Below are positions 40,741 through 52,399 of a stretch of DNA of 64,000 nucleotides, one piece after another. The notes beneath the pieces are model-generated. The model was not told the origin of the DNA. It saw nothing but the letters and a program-made list of their open reading frames with translations, and searched no databases. How positions within the stretch are numbered: position 1 is the first letter of the stretch; each line of letters opens with the position of its first letter. Both the position numbers and the translations under genes were made by a program. This DNA is from Pseudogymnoascus verrucosus (lineage: Eukaryota): the NCBI GenBank assembly GCA_001662655.1, contig KV460251.1; one strand, written 5' to 3'.

Positions 40741-41149
40741 AACGACGCATTTTCAGTTTTGTTACTGATCAACAAGGTGAAAGCAGGCAAGAGAGCTAGG
40801 AAGTACACCTGAAGGCGATGTTTGTTTCATAGAGAGATCATTGCAGCCACGAGCCCCAACTTGTGTGACTCGGCTCTGACAGAGCCTAATATTGACATGG
40901 ACTTCATTACAATTGGTTACAACTGGGCGTCAGCTTTCTGTTGTCAAAGTTGAGCATATGTGCACTTGCTTGCTATCAAAAGCTGAATTTGCTAAGTGGC
41001 TTGGGATATAGTCGCATGCAAAAGTTTTCACGTCTATCAAACCCGACGAACACACTATAATGGATGAAACGTATATGTATTTAGACCATATACTGCAGCT
41101 CTCAAATTGCTATGTAGACGCTCTCCTGGCGTTTCTAATGGACCATGAA

Positions 41150-42417
41150 CTACAATTTTGTGCTGGTGTTAAGAAAATGTTTCGGATCCAAGCTGCTGCA
41201 ATCTGCGCTGTGGGCTTTGCCTTCGAGGATCATCTCACTCATGACCAGGCCCGTTCCGGGTCCATTCTGAATACCCCACTCATCATGGCCAGTTGCGAGC
41301 CATAGGCCATGAATCCCGACAGGTCCGACCATAGGACCGACCTCCTCATCTTCTTCATGCTGCCGTATCTGAGGCTTATAGCAAGCTTGCTTCTTAACAA
41401 GTGCCCCATCATGGATTTCTTGTGAAACGCTTCCGATTGCTTTCAAAATGTCGGCGCATTTCTGGTCAACCAGCTCGATATCTCCAGTATCAGAGGGTAG
41501 GCTAGTTTCGCAGTCATCGAGTCCGATGGCGTAGACGGTGTCAAATTCATAGAGGTGGTCAGCAGGCCGAGGGTAGATATCTGGTGAGAGTAACTCGTCG
41601 AATGGGCTGGCTGGAGCTGGTTGGATATTGCGGAAAAGTATGTATGGTGACAGCGGCCTTGTTGGCTTAACAATAACACTATGTCCTCGAGGAGTCAACA
41701 AGGACACAGAAGGAAGTATATTGGGAGTTCATGGTCCCGCAGCAACGAGTATGTCAGTTGCATCAATCGTATGGGTGCCTTCATCATCCTCGAACTCGAC
41801 AGATTTGACAACCTTCCTATCTCATCTAAATTGATCTTGGTTGCAGATGCTTTGAGTTTGAACATAACGCCTTTCGACTCAGCGAGTTTGGCGAGTGTCT
41901 TGGTGAACATGTAAGGGTTCACCTGGCCAGAATTTCCTGGAACGCCTATCTCACCATACTGCTGTGTACTTCCAGGCAGAAGCCAATCCAGAGATGAAGG
42001 TGCATCACCATTGCCCTTCAGCTCGGGAGAGTCGGTCGCTTTGAGAATTTGTCTAAGGAGTTTGACATCAGCTGCAAACACATTTCTGTGCCCCCAAATC
42101 TTATCTCCACCATGTTCTTTTGCAAGGTCATTGTGAAGCCTGAAGCTAAGAGGTGCAAGGCATTTTGGAGTAGCCTAGTCTGCGATGAACCCTCCTCCCT
42201 TTCCACTAGAGCCTTCCGCAATATTGTTGGCCTCGAGAACGGTAACTGAGTGTACTTTGGAGTCGTAGAGCGGATGGTGCGACAGATAGTAAGCAGTTGA
42301 CGTGCCAACAATACTGCCGCCTACATATCGTGATTAACCTAGATTCACCAAGCATAAATCATGATCTTTACCAATGACAACAATTATCTGTTTTGTTTCG
42401 CCTTGCTGAGCAGCCAT
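41150..42417 (-). pseudogene. FAD-dependent oxidoreductase (DAO/Tda3-like) pseudogene
   Basis: IVVIGGSIVGTSTAYYL, SSGKGGGFIAD*AT (TAG 42177-42175), GQVNPYMFT, a frameshift near 41820, VAAGP*T (TGA 41731-41729) and ATGHDEWGIQNGPGTG; intron 42371-42321. Confidence 0.85.
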
Positions 42418-42886
42418 CTTTGCTATTTGTGTAAATGGAAGTAAACGATGAATGAGTGATGTCTGCGTAAGAATGTATACGAAGGCTAGCAAAACCAGAA
42501 AGGAGGTAGCAGAACCCACGTTTTGAAGGAGAGGCATGCTTCGTCCACTCCGAAAATTATACAAGGCTTTGTATGATTTTGGGGAAGATAATTAGGCTAT
42601 AGGCTGGGCTATCAAAATCTCGGCCGAATGAGTAATAGTTAAAAAGACAGATGGGGGTGGACTTGTCGATGACCTTGCTAACCCTCCCACATGAGTTTGT
42701 GTTGACTTGAGCGCTTGACTGGTGGCGAGATTTCTAAACCTGTAGGGCTGCAAGGTAATAACTAAGATTACCTGTAGTACACGCTCGACTGGTCTGCGAG
42801 GTTACCCATGTATTCACAACTTCATAGAACACCAAAGCCCGTGCTAACAACGCCATTGCTACATTTTCAACAAAAACCAAACCATT

Positions 42887-43094
42887 GAATATCACCATCT
42901 CGTACCGAAGATGGAGCCAAAGAAAGAGTACGATGATCGCATGGATCTTTATGAACTGTAAGTTCCTGTATCAATTTATACTTGATCCATGCTAATGATA
43001 CTTCAGGTACCATTTCCTTAATCACTATGCTATATACAGCGGTGGATATCGCGACGACGCGATTCGATGCATGAAGAAATTGTGTACGCTGTAG
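42887..43094 (+). pseudogene. 3'-terminal relic of a fructosamine/ketosamine-3-kinase gene
   Basis: Spliced (intron 42958-43006) EYHHLVPKMEPKKEYDDRMDLYELYHFLNHYAIYSGGYRDDAIRCMKKLCTL* resembles the FN3K-family C-terminus; no upstream kinase core was found. Confidence 0.7.
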
Positions 43095-43562
43095 ATTGAT
43101 TTAATCCACAGACAATTTCGTTTTATTGTTTATCAACCACAGGAGTAAAGTGGCAATTTGCTTATTCGGGTCCATGTTAATGGTCCAGGGGTGTTTTAAC
43201 TCCTTCATCTGTTTCTTAGTTTGAGCGTCTGTTTTTTTTGATACCCTCTTTCTGATCAGGATAGTGGTCACGACTATATAACGTCCTGTTGCCGTCACAA
43301 AATCCTCTTATCAGCTATTATTATTAGTTTTACAATGAAACAGATAATGCTGCATCACTGCGCTCGCAAGGGTAGATACATATCGTTCAAAACCATTGCC
43401 AAATGCAGGGAACATGAGAAAGGAAAATGTGAGCGCATACAGGGAACAATTCAGAAAAGATAAAGTACAAGCAAAGCGCTGCTAACAACCTAAGCATAGC
43501 TAATCCAACTCTCAAAGTAGGACAGCCTGATCAACCCTCAAACCTCCCCTCGAAAACCCGGA

Positions 43563-44487
43563 CTACTCGTCATCCTCGAGATCATATGCTGCGGCTCCCT
43601 CGTAAATATCACGACATCCATATTCCTCATCGTCACCGCATGGGGCCAGATGCTCTCCGTCACGGTCCATCACAAAAACACGCCCACCATCCTCCTCATC
43701 TTCGTTGTCATTATCCCAAGAATTAGCATAGCGATGTTCTGAGAACAAAGCCGGTTCAGCGCATTGATAGCCCCTTCTATGGTCTGGTAACTCATTCTCT
43801 TCAGCAAGGTCATCCCACAAAGACTCCTCGAGCGCGACATCAGTGACTCCACGATTTCGCTGTCTGAGACTGCTCCCCAAGAAAATTTGATGACCGCGTC
43901 GAACATCCGCTTCATCAACTTTATCAAATTCATCGTCATACTCTCCTTCATCTTCATCTTCATCTTCNNNNNNNNNNNNNNNNNNNNNNNNNNNNNNNNN
44001 NNNNNNNNNNNNNNNNNNNNNNNNNNNNNNNNNNNNNNNNNNNNNNNNNNNNNNNNNNNNNNNNNNNNNNNNNNNNNNNNNNNNNNNNNNTCATCTTCAT
44101 CTTCATCTTCGTCATCGTCATCGTCATCGCTGCGTCCTCTCAGCGCACCTTCCACCCACAACGAGCCCATGGCACCAGCCTGTCGTCTCGCACCAACACC
44201 ATCACGCTCCCATGCCTCGCGCATATCTTCGAGTGCATTATACGTCAGGACTCTCTGAGCTTCCTCTGGCATTTCTTGGGCAAAGGCAACACCACCACCA
44301 AGGCCGGCATAGGCATTGTAGTCTTCGTTGTGTGCTGCATGTTCGCCGGAACCGATCTGTACAAGAGACGGATGGTAGTCATAGCCGTCTTCATAGATTT
44401 CGCTCGGGCCGCCGAAGATGATCCTTTGAGAAATAGTGAGAGGTGAGCTCGGAGATTGCTTCTCGATGCGGGTGCGTAGTTGACTCT
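43563..44487 (-). CDS. Acidic hypothetical protein spanning an assembly gap; 5' end uncertain
   Basis: Asp/Glu-rich frames on both sides of the N run, with (GAAGAT)n repeats at both gap edges; ends ...AAAYDLEDDE*. Confidence 0.5.
43968..44090. other. Assembly gap inside a (TCATCT)n repeat
   Basis: N run flanked by the same hexamer repeat. Confidence 0.98.
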
Positions 44488-44699
44488 GTATGTATATGTA
44501 GTGGAGATTGATAGGATAGGGGGTGAAGAATATAGAGATAGATGGAGTGTGAGGCTGCTGGCTTTCGAACAATTGTACCAATAGGATGTCGACGCCCCCC
44601 TCCTCAACTGCTCAAGTAGGATTCTCAAAACTTCCCAGGTTATAGGTCAACATTTGTCAGTACTCGCATTTCAGTCGCTCGAAGCGTCTTTTCTCGCAG

Positions 44700-45190
44700 A
44701 CACGGGATACAGCCTTACGAGGGCCCGAGGCAAATTTTTGGAAATTCTAAGATCAGCCAACCATCTCCTGTATTATAGTACGCGCAAACACTTTTCAGCA
44801 CACAGGATGCAGCCTTCATGGCAGCCGCGAGGCAGTTTTAAGAAACTGGCCCAACCATTTCTCGTTTTCAACCGGCCATTGCCACACTCCGGTCCGCTGG
44901 CGGCTGCACTACAAGGTCGATGGTGGAAGATATCAAAACAAGCCAAACATCTCTCGTCTATGAGCGTTCGTACACCCTGCTCATTCCGAGTGTAGGGCCA
45001 TGGTCACTTGCAGAGTACGGGAAACAAGACGCCGTGTTGTACATAAATTCTAAAAACAGTTTTGTACAAGGCTGGAAACTGGAGTCGGGGAGGCTGGAAA
45101 CTTGGGAACGCAGGCATCACAAAACCCCGACTCCGAAGCCAGTGATTAACATTTGGGCTACTGGGGGAAAATTGACAAAACGCAGCATAC
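44700..45190 (+). repeat. Dispersed non-coding repeat, copy A
   Basis: Shares CAGCCAACCATCTCCTGT (44754-44771) with 48571-48588 and CCCGACTCCGAAGCCAG (45126-45142) with 57154-57170. The 44930-45030 segment aligns loosely with 60120-60225. Confidence 0.75.
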
Positions 45191-45981
45191 ATCAATCTCG
45201 AAGAACACTGTTGCCTTCAGTTACTGCTAGTGATGTGCAAAATATGCAGTTGGTTTGCTGCGCCTAAGACATTGATGCAGGACCAACACTCCTAGTTGTG
45301 CCACGATAAACGAACCCAGCCTCGCTCGGTGAGCGGAAAGAGACGCCAGCCAGGTTCACCCAATTGCCTCTTATATCTCTCCTGAAAATGGCGTTGACCC
45401 GGTACGTTGTAGAGCTCAAGTATGCAAACTCGCTCAATTTCAGCCTATGAAATCTCATTGTTTCTTTATACTTCCGCCCAGTACATCATCAGTCTGCCTT
45501 GTAATAACCGGTCAAGATGCGCTACATTGGCACGTTTCCCTTTCAAGCATCAAGAGCATAAACGAGCCGCGTTGGGTTGCAAACATCTACACACTGCCAC
45601 TCTCGTCTTTCGAGTAAGGCTATGAGATGGCCATCTCATATATTATAACCTTTGTCCTACCTAGACTATGAAATAGAAAGAGAACATTTCAAATCAAGAT
45701 TCTATTACAATTATTCATGACAATCTATACTTTCCGTCTTCATGGGTTATTTCTTCCAAGGTGCCAAAGGGTTCAAGGAATCTTGTCTTAAACTCCGTAC
45801 TTGCCCTCGTTTACAGACTAGACTGTCACCAACGCAGCAAGTGGCTGATACGTCACTAAACAAGTCACTTCAAACCTCACATAGCATCTGCCCAGTGGAT
45901 CAAGTACTAGAGCTATCAACGAGCAATACAAACGCTACTTGTATAGTAAGCGCAGTATCAGAGCTACCAGCAAACAATACA

Positions 45982-46915
45982 ATGCCGTTGAACGAAGGAT
46001 TAGTGAACATTCTTCGTGACGAGTCGCCTTCATTTAAGGGTATGAACCAAATCAAATAAAACTTGTTTTAAGACTAAGACTAAGAGTTATGGCCAGACCG
46101 TTGGTTAGGTCGTAAACTCCTCGACATTGCTATTGCTACTGTAGCTGCAAGATCGGTTTCTGCACAAGCTTCGGAGAAAGTGGTCAAGGTATGCCCTAGT
46201 CATTTTAATATCGATTCATGCATTGTGGTATACTTTTATGTCTAACTTGACTAACTTGCATTAGGATTTATACCAAGACATGAAAGCCGCTTTTCCATAT
46301 GACAATTGCTTCAGAGAATTACCTGGTAGAAGAGAAGCTGAACCAGAAGACCCTGATTACTGCTATCTTCTTGAGAGCTTGCTAGGTCACATTTACCTCC
46401 GGGGACAAGACGATGCCCCAGGCATTGTATCTATTTTAGAACGGAATGTCAGAGACCCTCGTCGATCCCAGGACGAAAAGTACCTAAAAAGCCCGCCATT
46501 ACCACCACAGATTAGCCAATCCACTCAAGAGGAACGAATCTTAGATAATGCTTCTAATGGTATGGCTACAGAGGTAGGGTCTGTCTTTGGTTCAAACCAA
46601 TATATTGGTAGCATCCCAAAGTTTACCCCACCTCAAGAAGTCAGTAACGGAAACGTGAGGCAGCTTCAAGAGCATGCCGATCTGGGAGATCTAGCGATAT
46701 ATACAGTGTTTTTCGAGGAGCATGGTACAATCAAAGGTACCAAGCCATCATATACGTGGCGCCAAACCCAATTAAAGCCTACAAGCAGGTTTCTGTTCAC
46801 AGTCACCTTTGAAGGGGTAGAGGTTGCTGGGTTGGAATGCAGTTCAAAGCAGAACGCAAAGCATGAGGCTTCAAAAGCTCTTTGGGAAGAACTGCATCTA
46901 AGAAAACAGTTGTAG
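45982..46915 (+). CDS. Degenerate RNase III-like domain plus C-terminal double-stranded RNA-binding domain (266 aa)
   Basis: Exons 45982-46039, 46097-46188, 46265-46915. DRWLGRKLLDIAIA and YLLESLLGHIYLRG resemble the RNase III helices; RFLFTVTFEGVEVAGLECSSKQNAKHEASKALWEEL is dsRBD-like. Confidence 0.7.
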
Positions 46916-47111
46916 ATACCTAGGGTTACTTTATGTTAGGTTTATGCTTAGTTTTGCATGTTAATTTGTGGTTTTATTATTCCAAAGTTTGTGAAAATTT
47001 TACCCTTACAGGATAAAATAAGTTGGTTCCTGCTTAGGAAGTTGTACTTCGGATTTATCGACATCGGAGATAGCCTAGCAGGCCTTCAACAACGACGACT
47101 TAACTAGCGCA

Positions 47112-48277
47112 ATGAATCGTTTACCAATAGAAATTCTGGCTAAAATAGCATCGCAGGCATTCCAAGAGAAACGAATAGGCCCAGGCAGATTGAGACTCGC
47201 GCCCTTCTTGACAATCAATAGGACATGCCAGGTGGTGATTGAGCGCGAGATATTTCGCCATATAGGCGTCGACACAGACAGCCTCCCCCAGCTCACAGCG
47301 ATTCTCAGCGGTTCAGCGGGTGATCGACGCATCCGCTTAATACAAAAACTAGAGTTTCATTATCTTCGTAACCTGGTGCCCTTCCTAACTCCCACCAAGC
47401 TCAGTGAGCTAAGAGAGCAGCAACGGCAGGCAAACGAGTCCTTTTCTGAAAGTATGAAGGCACTGTTCGGTCATCTCAAGGGCTGGGAGGAGAGATTGGA
47501 TGCGAGTGGGACAGTGGCCGCAAGTCAGCACCAGATGCGTCTCCTTCTGGGAAAAGAATTCTGCCAGAAGGAGGCGGTCCCGCCGATGCCGCCTTCTCAT
47601 ACAGAGGATATTGCAGTTCCGCCCTTGCCGGCACAGTCGCCGGCAAATGTGCCACTAGAGGCCCCCGGCCGACATTTTGCAAGGAGGCCATGGTTAGGAT
47701 ATGCTCCAGAGCCAGTTCTGGCCCGCCCCCTCTGATTGATGTGCGATATTTTGGCGAAGAGAAGCTGCTAGAACTTTGTATCGTGTCTTCGATGATATTA
47801 TACGAAAATCACGGCATCCGTCCGGATAGTCTGATGCAGACTCTCTCCCAGATGAAGTGTTTAGATCACTTTCAGGGGAATATTTTTGGTGAGATGAAGA
47901 ATTTGGATCGTACTCGTGAATACCGACAAGGTTTGTGACTATAGGTGTCTCTCATCAGACATATGTACTTTTCGGTTCGGGTCCTAACTTCCTTAGTTTT
48001 AGCTTAATCTCTGCACCCTCTGCCAGGATCGCTCGGTCTATTCTTCTGTGAGTTTCAGCCCTCGGATCCCGACCCGCGGACATCGTATTCAGTACTTGTT
48101 GGTAAATGTCTTTATACTTTTGGCATAATTGAAATTAATACACGTCTAACGAGAATCGAAGCTAGTGGTTGCCAGCGGTCAGACTATGCCCACCTCTGTG
48201 TCGTCAAACCGCCGCAAGAATCTATAGAATACTGGTCGAGGATTTCTCGGCTGCAGGAGGCGTTAGTGGACCCGTGA
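47112..48277 (+). pseudogene. F-box-type gene, disrupted (3' end approximate)
   Basis: MNRLPIEILAKIAS...LAPFLTINRTCQVVIEREIF F-box-like start; apparent frameshift near 47730; in-frame TAA at 48005-48007 after intron 47931-47996. Confidence 0.6.
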
Positions 48278-48519
48278 AGCTTGCGGGAGGTGCAGCTTGC
48301 AGTAGCCGCAGTGCGCTCATCATGAAATTCAGTGCGACGGATAAGAGTGAAATTTTACTGTTGAACAAGCTAGACAAGACAGGAGGCGGCATTCTGTTAT
48401 TTGTTGTCGATGTTGTTACCTTCGCGAATTGGAACCCAGCGTCGCTGATGGAACAGAGTTCTCTCGTTCTAAGCATTAGCCACTATTAAGCCATACAGCG
48501 TTAGCCATGACCCTGATCA

Positions 48520-49111
48520 GCTTGGCTTCCGTGGCGGCCCTTCAAACAGAAGATAGACAGATACCGAAGCCAGCCAACCATCTCCTGTTTCTGTGAATCC
48601 AATATCAGGATCGAAGATAGAGGGATGCAGCCATTCGAGAGGCCCGAGGCGGATTTTAGAACTCGACTAACAGTTTCGCGTTTCCATGAAGCTGTTATCG
48701 TGATCCTAGACAAAGAATGCGGCCTTTCGGCAGGCCCTAGGCAGATTTGAGTATCGACCAACCGTTACGTGTTTTTTATGGGCTTTCAGGCCGCTATAAA
48801 TGGAGAAGTGCAGAGGTCAGCCTCAGCTGCCTAATCGTTTGTGCTCTGTAAGTGCGCTCAAAAATCTATCATTTCTAAGCGCAGGGCTATGGCGACACAA
48901 AGAAGGAAACCGTGTTAGACGGGCTAATGACCACCCACAGTAGGCGGGGAGCAAGGGGCTGTGTTGTGCATTGGTTTTTTGTACTAACGAGAAACTGGGC
49001 TCAGGATGTAGAGAATGATAAAACCCGACTCTGAAGCCAGGCATCAACTTTTAGGTTACTAGCTCCGGAAAAACTGACGAGAAGCAGCTCCAGTTCTTGT
49101 AACCCGTTACA
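48520..49111 (+). repeat. Dispersed non-coding repeat, copy B
   Basis: 48986-49098 aligns without gaps to 57116-57228 with 97/113 identities by manual count, including a 24-nt exact match CATCAACTTTTAGGTTACTAGCTC. Confidence 0.85.
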
Positions 49112-49866
49112 GACCGGCGGTTTGGAACCGTCGGTCCCCCGTGACGCACGCTACCTGCATTTGTGAATATACCTCCGGACAAGCATACAAACTGCCACGG
49201 CGATCCTTCTCCTTTCACAACTGCTGCGGAAATGACATAGGCGAAGACCTGGGGAATGAGGGGAAACCCCAGATGCCACTGGCAATAGTTGCTGATCCTG
49301 AATCATTCAAGGATGACCGATGCTGGCGACCCCGCGATTCGCTCATGGATAGTCGTACAACGTTACGCCATCACCGTTAGAGCTGCATTAAAGGTGCAAT
49401 ATGAGAGAGTGCGGGGTCAAAATGTAGTTCCTCAGAGGCCAAATTGTAGAAATTTGATCCCTGATGATTTGCCCTTTGGCTATAGATTCAGTATAACGTT
49501 AGACTCTCCGGTTCCACCTTGTTTGGCTAGAAACCAACTTTGGATGTATTTCGATAAAAAGCTTTGGCCGTGCGGGTTAGTGGGATAAAATGTCTCTAGA
49601 GAAGCTCGGAGAGTGGGGAGCCCTGTCTCAGTCCGCGTCTTCCTAAGACATTGCATCGAAGGAAGAGGGCCACCGCGTGTGTCCGAGAACTCGACATGTT
49701 TCCGAGCACTCTTACCTGTCCCTCTCATTTTTTGATCTGCAATATCATCCTGGTGAGTTGGTGTCACTCGCCATGTCGGTGAGGTAGCTAGCCTTGGCTG
49801 CTTGCTGCGAGCAGAATCCCTGCTAATCTTATAAAATTTAAATTTATAAATGCTCTAAGCAATTAC

Positions 49867-51495
49867 CTATAGCTGGTATCTAAACGTTGGGGCCCTGTCT
49901 CCCATCTCACTTAACTGTTGATCTGTATGTTCGCTCCCATCATTATGCAAAGCATCTCTCTTCTCATTAATCCGCATATAACTATATCTCAACGCAGCTA
50001 AAGCAATCATCCCAATAACACAGAACATGAGTTCGAGCCCGTGGCCTAGCAGGAACTTAGGAGAATCGACTTTGCGGTAGAAGTTCGAGGCCATTGCGCC
50101 TCCTAAATTTCCAACGCCAATGTGTAACGCCATACCGGCTGCACGCTTGTAGGAACCGGCGAGATTGTTAGACATCCAAGTAATGTTTCCTGGGAAGGCT
50201 GGGTAGATTCCACAGGTGGCAATGAAAACGCCGGCGTAGACGACGCCAGGGACAGTGCCTGCCGCAGATCCAGCGATGGCCATAATAAAACCGACGAGGA
50301 TTGCACACATCGGAAAGAAGACGTATGGCGAGCGGCTCCTCCCTGCTTTTGCGGCCTTGTCCGAGAAGTAGCAGACCACCAATGTCACGACGGCCGCTGT
50401 GATGTAAATCGGGATTGTGAGCAGTTGAGCAATTGTCGCAGTGTAACCCAATTGAGAAATGATGGTAGGCAGGAAGAGGCTGATTCCGTAGAGGGGGCAG
50501 ACAATACCCCAGTACATCAGAATTCCGAGATATAGCTGCCAATCAGTCATAGCCTGGAAAACATATTTCCACTTGAACTTGTCATCCTCAGCAACCATCC
50601 TGTCAGAGCGATTAGATCCTTGGTACTTGAGACGATGAGCAGCCCAAGCTCTCTCCTCCGGCGTTAAGAACGAAGCAGTTTCTGGGAAATCATGGAGCAG
50701 AAAGAAAGCGGCAATAGCGACAACGACGGTAAGGAGGCCCTCGAGGATAAAAATCCATCTCCAGCCCTCGTATTCGCCAACGCCGTTCATCTTAACGATG
50801 AGATAAGCAAGAAGCCCAGAGAAAGCTCCAGCCATCGAAGCCGCACTGAAGAAGAGACCCTGTCGAAGAGCCATTTCGTTCGTGCAGTACCACATTGTCA
50901 GGTAGTACGCCACACCAGGGTAGAGACCAGCTTCCGTGACGCCAAGAAAGATGCGGATGACGACTAACGCGTGGTAACTCTGGACGACTCCTAGACACAC
51001 GGTGCAGGTTCCCCAGGCGATCATAATGGAAGGCAGCCAGATCTAGGAATACATTAGATCTGAGTTATCTACAAAAGAGAGAAGACTCACAGATGGGCGG
51101 AGGCGTTTGAGAAGAAGATTCGAAGGGACCTCGAAGGCGCAGTATGTTAGAAAGAAGCTGTTTCAAATCATTAGATCGTGCGTCTTAAACTTTCATACTA
51201 GGCAACCAGCAACTCACACAGTCGACGCAATATTGTATCCGTTATCTGATAGATGAAGGTCTTTGGTGAGGCCTTGAATTTTCGCATTGCCAATATTTCC
51301 ACGATCAAGAAAAGCCAGCAAATACAAGACTGCGAGAGCTGGAATGAGTCTGACGTCCATCTTTCTTAGCGTCTTCTTCTCATCAATCCCCGAGAAATCG
51401 GCATCGTGTCCCTCAGAATTTAAATCATGCTCAAGCTCTTTCTCGACGGCATCTTCTTGGCCAACAGAAACAGGCTTATCAGTTAGAGACGACAT
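49867..51495 (-). CDS. MFS transporter, anion:cation symporter family (Tna1/Dal5-like)
   Basis: RKMDVRLIP...FLDRGNIGNAK, FEVPSNLLLKRLRPS, GWRWIFILEG and C-terminal GDRAPTFRYQL. Exons 51495-51218, 51157-51091, 51042-49867. Confidence 0.93.
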
Positions 51496-51726
51496 TTTGA
51501 GAGAATCAGGAGTGGATGCATGAAAAACTGCACAGTCTTGGTGACTTCAGATTTGAACAACACAATACTCGACGACAATCAAAACAATGAAGATACTAAT
51601 CCAAAGTAGTGAAGGATATTTAAGTAACTATTTAATTAGAAGATTATCTCTCTACGTATTTTAATGCTTATATATCTTTGTAGAGTCTTGCTCTGCCCAT
51701 CCCACGACTTAGGAAAACCCCGCATC

Positions 51727-51923
51727 TCGGATCCGANNNNNNNNNNNNNNNNNNNNNNNNNNNNNNNNNNNNNNNNNNNNNNNNNNNNNNNNNNNNNNNN
51801 NNNNNNNNNNNNNNNNNNNNNNNNNNNNNNNNNNNNNNNNNNNNCTCGGATCCGATAATTGGAAGATCGTTCTACACAAATAGTACGGATCGGATCCGAC
51901 TTCAACCATTAATAAGGATCCGA
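51727..51923. promoter_or_regulatory. Cluster of CGG-N2-CCG palindromes upstream of the MFS gene (candidate Zn2Cys6 sites)
   Basis: TCGGATCCGA at 51727, 51846 and 51890; near-match AGGATCCGA at 51915. The first two flank an N gap (51737-51844) and may be one site. Confidence 0.7.
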
Positions 51924-52399
51924 CTCAACCAGTATAGCGCTTTCAGATGGCCCCCCCACTCTACGTCTAACCCCGCTACCATGGATGCCAACTAGATCCA
52001 CTGTGGCAAGCAACTCGCTCCAGTTGCGATGCATGCCGGCAATCTTGAGCGGCATGTGACCTGTGCGAGGGCATTCAAGCACAGATATTACCAGTTCTAG
52101 TAGTGTGCCCAAGGTGTGCAAACCGTAATAAGCGCCATAGCTTTGAGGTAGGTAGTCCACCTCTGGATTAACTCCGTTCTGTCTCCTTTCTGTTTAAAAT
52201 TCTCGCTAACGAGGCTAACACGGTGATTGCTCTATAGTGGACAAAGAGAGACTCGAATGATCAGGCTTTGTTTCTTTTCGCCGGGATCTGTTCATCACAG
52301 CGGGGGGCCTTTTCCAATATCCAAGTGTTCGATTCGGTCATGATTCCTAGCCTACGAAGTCCTACGCTTAGATCTTCTACTAGGAGAAGTACAAACTAT

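Noticed and set aside
43670..43967. KMKMKM segment in the ORF track
   Set aside because: Wrong frame caused by the arbitrary N-gap length; the likely frame reads EDEDED.
49141..49767. Short ORFs between repeat B and the MFS gene
   Set aside because: No recognisable domain on either strand; could be decayed sequence but cannot be supported.
51726..51855. CTCGGATCCGA on both sides of the N gap as a true direct repeat
   Set aside because: May be an assembly overlap of a single palindromic site; counted cautiously. The motif cluster stands without it.
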